Source: Eledone cirrhosa (Eukaryota). Taken from it: DNA of 64,000 nucleotides. Where the stretch lies: positions 343,852,001-343,916,000 of the forward strand of contig OZ024740.1 of NCBI GenBank assembly GCA_964016885.1. Direction: 5' to 3'. Each line of letters opens with the position of its first letter. Within the stretch, counting starts at the first letter, position 1. Made by a program: the position numbers and the translations under genes. This document shows, piece after piece, positions 60,639 to 64,000 of this stretch. The notes under the pieces were generated by a model. That model saw only the letters and a program-made list of their open reading frames with translations. It was not told the DNA's origin and made no database searches.

Positions 60639-60879
60639 GTTGATTTCGCCCATCTAACTCTGAACACAACGAAATCTCCTCCATTATTTTTCTTTTAAAA
60701 TGTGTCTCTGAATGGGTTTTCTGAACAATATCTAAAGCAAGTATATCTATAACAATTCTTTTGATATAAGCTGAATAAAAATGAGAAAATATATATCTGC
60801 GTCAAATTTAGTAGCGATTATGAGTGCTAGACAATCATAAAATTTAGGATGATGGGTTGGCAAATATGCAGTTTTTCAA

Positions 60880-61258
60880 AATCAACTTTGTCATTGTTCT
60901 GTTGTCATCATTATTAATGTGGGTTAGAGTGATGGGTTTCAAGAATCGTTACAGCCTCGGACAAAATGACTTGTGCCATCTATTCCAGGTTTTCATATTC
61001 TGAGTTCAAATCCCAGCCGTTAAAATTAATATATCTCTTGCTTCACCCGGTTGCTTCACCCGCTTGCTTCACTGAGTCTACTTACAAAACTCAATGCCGG
61101 ATAGGTCAACTATTTTCAGCCCATCTCAATGTCCTCGTTAGAGGAGAAATTGGTTTTAGTTTTGGCACAACATTGTTGAAGAAGAAGAAGAAGAAGAAGA
61201 AGAAGAAGAAGAAGAAGAAGAAGAAGAAGAAGAAGAAGAAGAAGAAGAAGAAGAAGAA
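60880..61258 (+). mobile_element. Diverged SINE family 1-related copy followed by (GAA)n
   Basis: TTCTGAGTTCAAATCCC near 60998; (GAA)n at 61178-61258. Confidence 0.5.
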
Positions 61259-62344
61259 ATCAAGCCTGGAGACGCCAGGACAGAAACATAATCATGAAGC
61301 TTCACTAATTATACATCAAAATAGATATATATATATTTCTTATTTCTTATTCTTGGATAAAGGGCATTGTACACCTTAGGCACATCTCTAGCTTTTAGCA
61401 AAATTGATAATGCAGCAAATAATTTAATTTAGCAGGAAATTAAAAATGATTTCACCGATGCTTACCGAGTTTAACTGAAACACTCACCACACATACACGA
61501 ATATACGCGCAAGCAAACTCACACATGCAAAAGCACGATAGATTCTAGATTCAACAGCACTACAGAAACAACTGTCAAGGTCGGATGCTTTGGGTTCACT
61601 TTTTATTCATTTCTTGGGGGTGCTGATTTTCAATTCACTCTTTGCAATTCATACAAATATATAAATATTAACAATAAAATATTAATAATAGAAGAAATAT
61701 CATTGAATAAATAATAAGAAAAGAAAGGAATAATCAATGGAAGTGTATAAAACGAAAAAAGACGTAAAGGTTGAGAAAGTACCCGGCAGATGTGCAATTA
61801 TATCATATTGGAATGTGTCGAATATTGCCGAAAATAAACGTAGACAAGTATTGGAAAAAAAAAAAGAAAAAGAAATATTTTCTCTAAAAATATTCACATT
61901 TGTTGATTACGTAAAAGTTATGATAAATAGATTAACAAAGACGTTTGGCAACGGCTTTGATCCGCTATTGACGACAAAGAAAATTAATCTGCAAATAACA
62001 AGAAGGAACGTTCTTTCTCTCTCTCTTTTTCTTCTCTACAATCTTTTGTGGCTAGTAGATAGATATTCACTAAAATGTTATCAACAATTATTATCTCAGC
62101 CTTTGATGGATTTGAAATTCAAAATGTTTCTTTTAATAAAGCTATGTACTTTGTTGATGGTGTTTTACAGAGTAAAAGGTATATATAGAAATTGTTAGAA
62201 GCAGACTACAAGTACGTATATCCACCAACAGGCTGATCATACAATCTATAAAGAAACAACATCCAAGTTGGATCTCAGAATATATAGCAATGATTACAGA
62301 AAGAAAGTAGCATGTCCGGCTAACATTATGAATGGCATTATGAA

Positions 62345-62537
62345 TGGCGGTGGATTGGCAGTATCGGTAGAGGGTCGGACGCCATGCTTTGACGCATAGA
62401 GTTACGGCCCTTGCCATTAGGAGTTCAAATCCCGCCGAGGTTAACTTTGCCTTTCATCCTTATTGGGTCGATAAAATAAAGTACCAGTAATACACTGGGA
62501 TAATTTCTGGCCTTGTGCCAAAAGTAGAAACAATTAT
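62345..62537 (+). mobile_element. SINE family 1 with TSD
   Basis: ATTATGAATGGC occurs twice upstream and once downstream. Confidence 0.92.
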
Positions 62538-62902
62538 GAATGGCAAGAGAAAATATCCGCCAAATCTCTCTGAAATCACATCGTCCTCTAGAACATTTTG
62601 GAATACAAACAGACGAGAAGGTTATATTTAGAAAGCTTTTAACCATAGGGGTTCTTGATCAGAGTTGCCGTAAGCGCCAAATAATAAAAACAACGAAGAA
62701 AATAATTTGAAGGTGCTCCTGCATGGTTTGAATTGTGAAGAATAAAAGAGCCTACGAAACTAAAGAACAAAAGCGGTAATATTTCATATAGAATACATAG
62801 TCTCAACAATTAGCTAAGGTTTCCCTTTCTCATTTTCTATCTTCCGATTCTTAACCACTAAGTCACGCGCCTTCACTACATAGCATTGTACGTCACAAAT
62901 AT

Positions 62903-63437
62903 CTAGGACGGGTAAAATTCCCGAGATCCCTGGATGAGTTCCCTCCAGCGGTCTCTGTCCCTTATTATCGCTGTCATGTCCTGCGTCTCCACCGGACCAG
63001 TGTCTGTCCTTAGGGCATCAACATACGTTAACATTGGTCTTCCTTTTCCAGTGTGTCCATGTAGGGGCTCCCACGGGAACACTGAGTGCAATGTCAATTC
63101 TGGATGTCGGTGAGCATGTCCAGCCAACCTTAGTCTCCTCTGTGTCATTTTTGAGCTGACTGTTTATCATTGTAGTGGACTTGTATGCGCCATCATGTAT
63201 GCGCCATCATGTATGCGCCTTGCACTGGAGTTTCCCCGAATCAGTGGAGGATCAGTAACATCGTCCCAGCGCCAAAAAAAGGAGATCTCTCTAACACCAA
63301 CAACTACAGGGGGATCTCACTGACATCACTTGTGGCAAAGACCCTCAACAGGATGATTCTTAACAGGATCCAACCTGAGATGGAGAAGAAGCTCAGGGAC
63401 AACCAGAACGGCTTCAGATGCTGAGACCTGTATGGGA
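62903..63437 (-). mobile_element. RTE-like LINE insertion with 5' inversion
   Basis: Minus-strand C-terminus RRLRLAGH..GRP..RDRDRWR. Plus-strand RT N-part IVPAPKKGD..NYRGISLTS..QNGFR. TSD GTCACAAATAT at 62892-62902 and 63438-63448. Confidence 0.88.
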
Positions 63438-64000
63438 GTCACAAATATATATATATAAAATTAGCTGTAATTTTCAAAGTAATTATCAATATGTTCTCTC
63501 TTTCACTGATTTTAAAAGAAATGCTCAAAGTATTTTATTTTGTCTCAGACACGTAAACCGGGTGTGTTGCGTTTGAATTTAGCTGAGGTTCAATAGGAAA
63601 CTTTCATCAATATATCTAATATTTTAGTGTTACAATATACGTTATTCTTTGTGTTAGAATGCATGAGTGTCATTAATATCAGAAGTATTGTTTTTATATT
63701 TACTACAAGGAACAGATTACTTCTTAATTTTGTGATAGCTTCGAGTAGTTTTATATATTTTCCTATTCTTTCTTTTCTTTTGTTTCCCCTTCCTTTTTAT
63801 TATTTCTATATTGAAAATAAACATGTATTGTTGAAAACTAATACAGATAGCTACAAAAGACGAACGAAACAAAACAAACTGTTGTCTATATTCAAAGAAG
63901 CCAACAAATACAACGAAAGAAATAAAGAGAGACCGGGTCTGATTTAATTAATGTTACATTGGTTTGAATGATAGTCAGGATCTGAGACAACTATATTTCG

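Overview
This is AT-rich, microsatellite-dense animal intergenic or intronic DNA. I infer an octopus or other coleoid cephalopod from the two tRNA-derived SINE families and the repeat landscape. I recognise no host protein-coding exon. The window is dense with mostly decayed transposons: a near-full-length C-rich Penelope-like element (PLE, Neptune type), further PLE fragments, a deleted mariner, decayed CR1, RTE and R4/Dong-type LINE fragments, a hAT transposase pseudogene, MITEs, non-autonomous Helitrons and many SINEs. The main unexplained signal is a dense set of type I hammerhead ribozyme (HHR) motifs. They come from roughly ten unrelated short repeat families, many beside (TA)n tracts. 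Several are arranged as back-to-back palindromes, including a pair with a stem II of about 100 nt whose palindrome axis lies at the ribozyme 5' boundary. All structures were read by eye, and coordinates of degenerate repeats are approximate.
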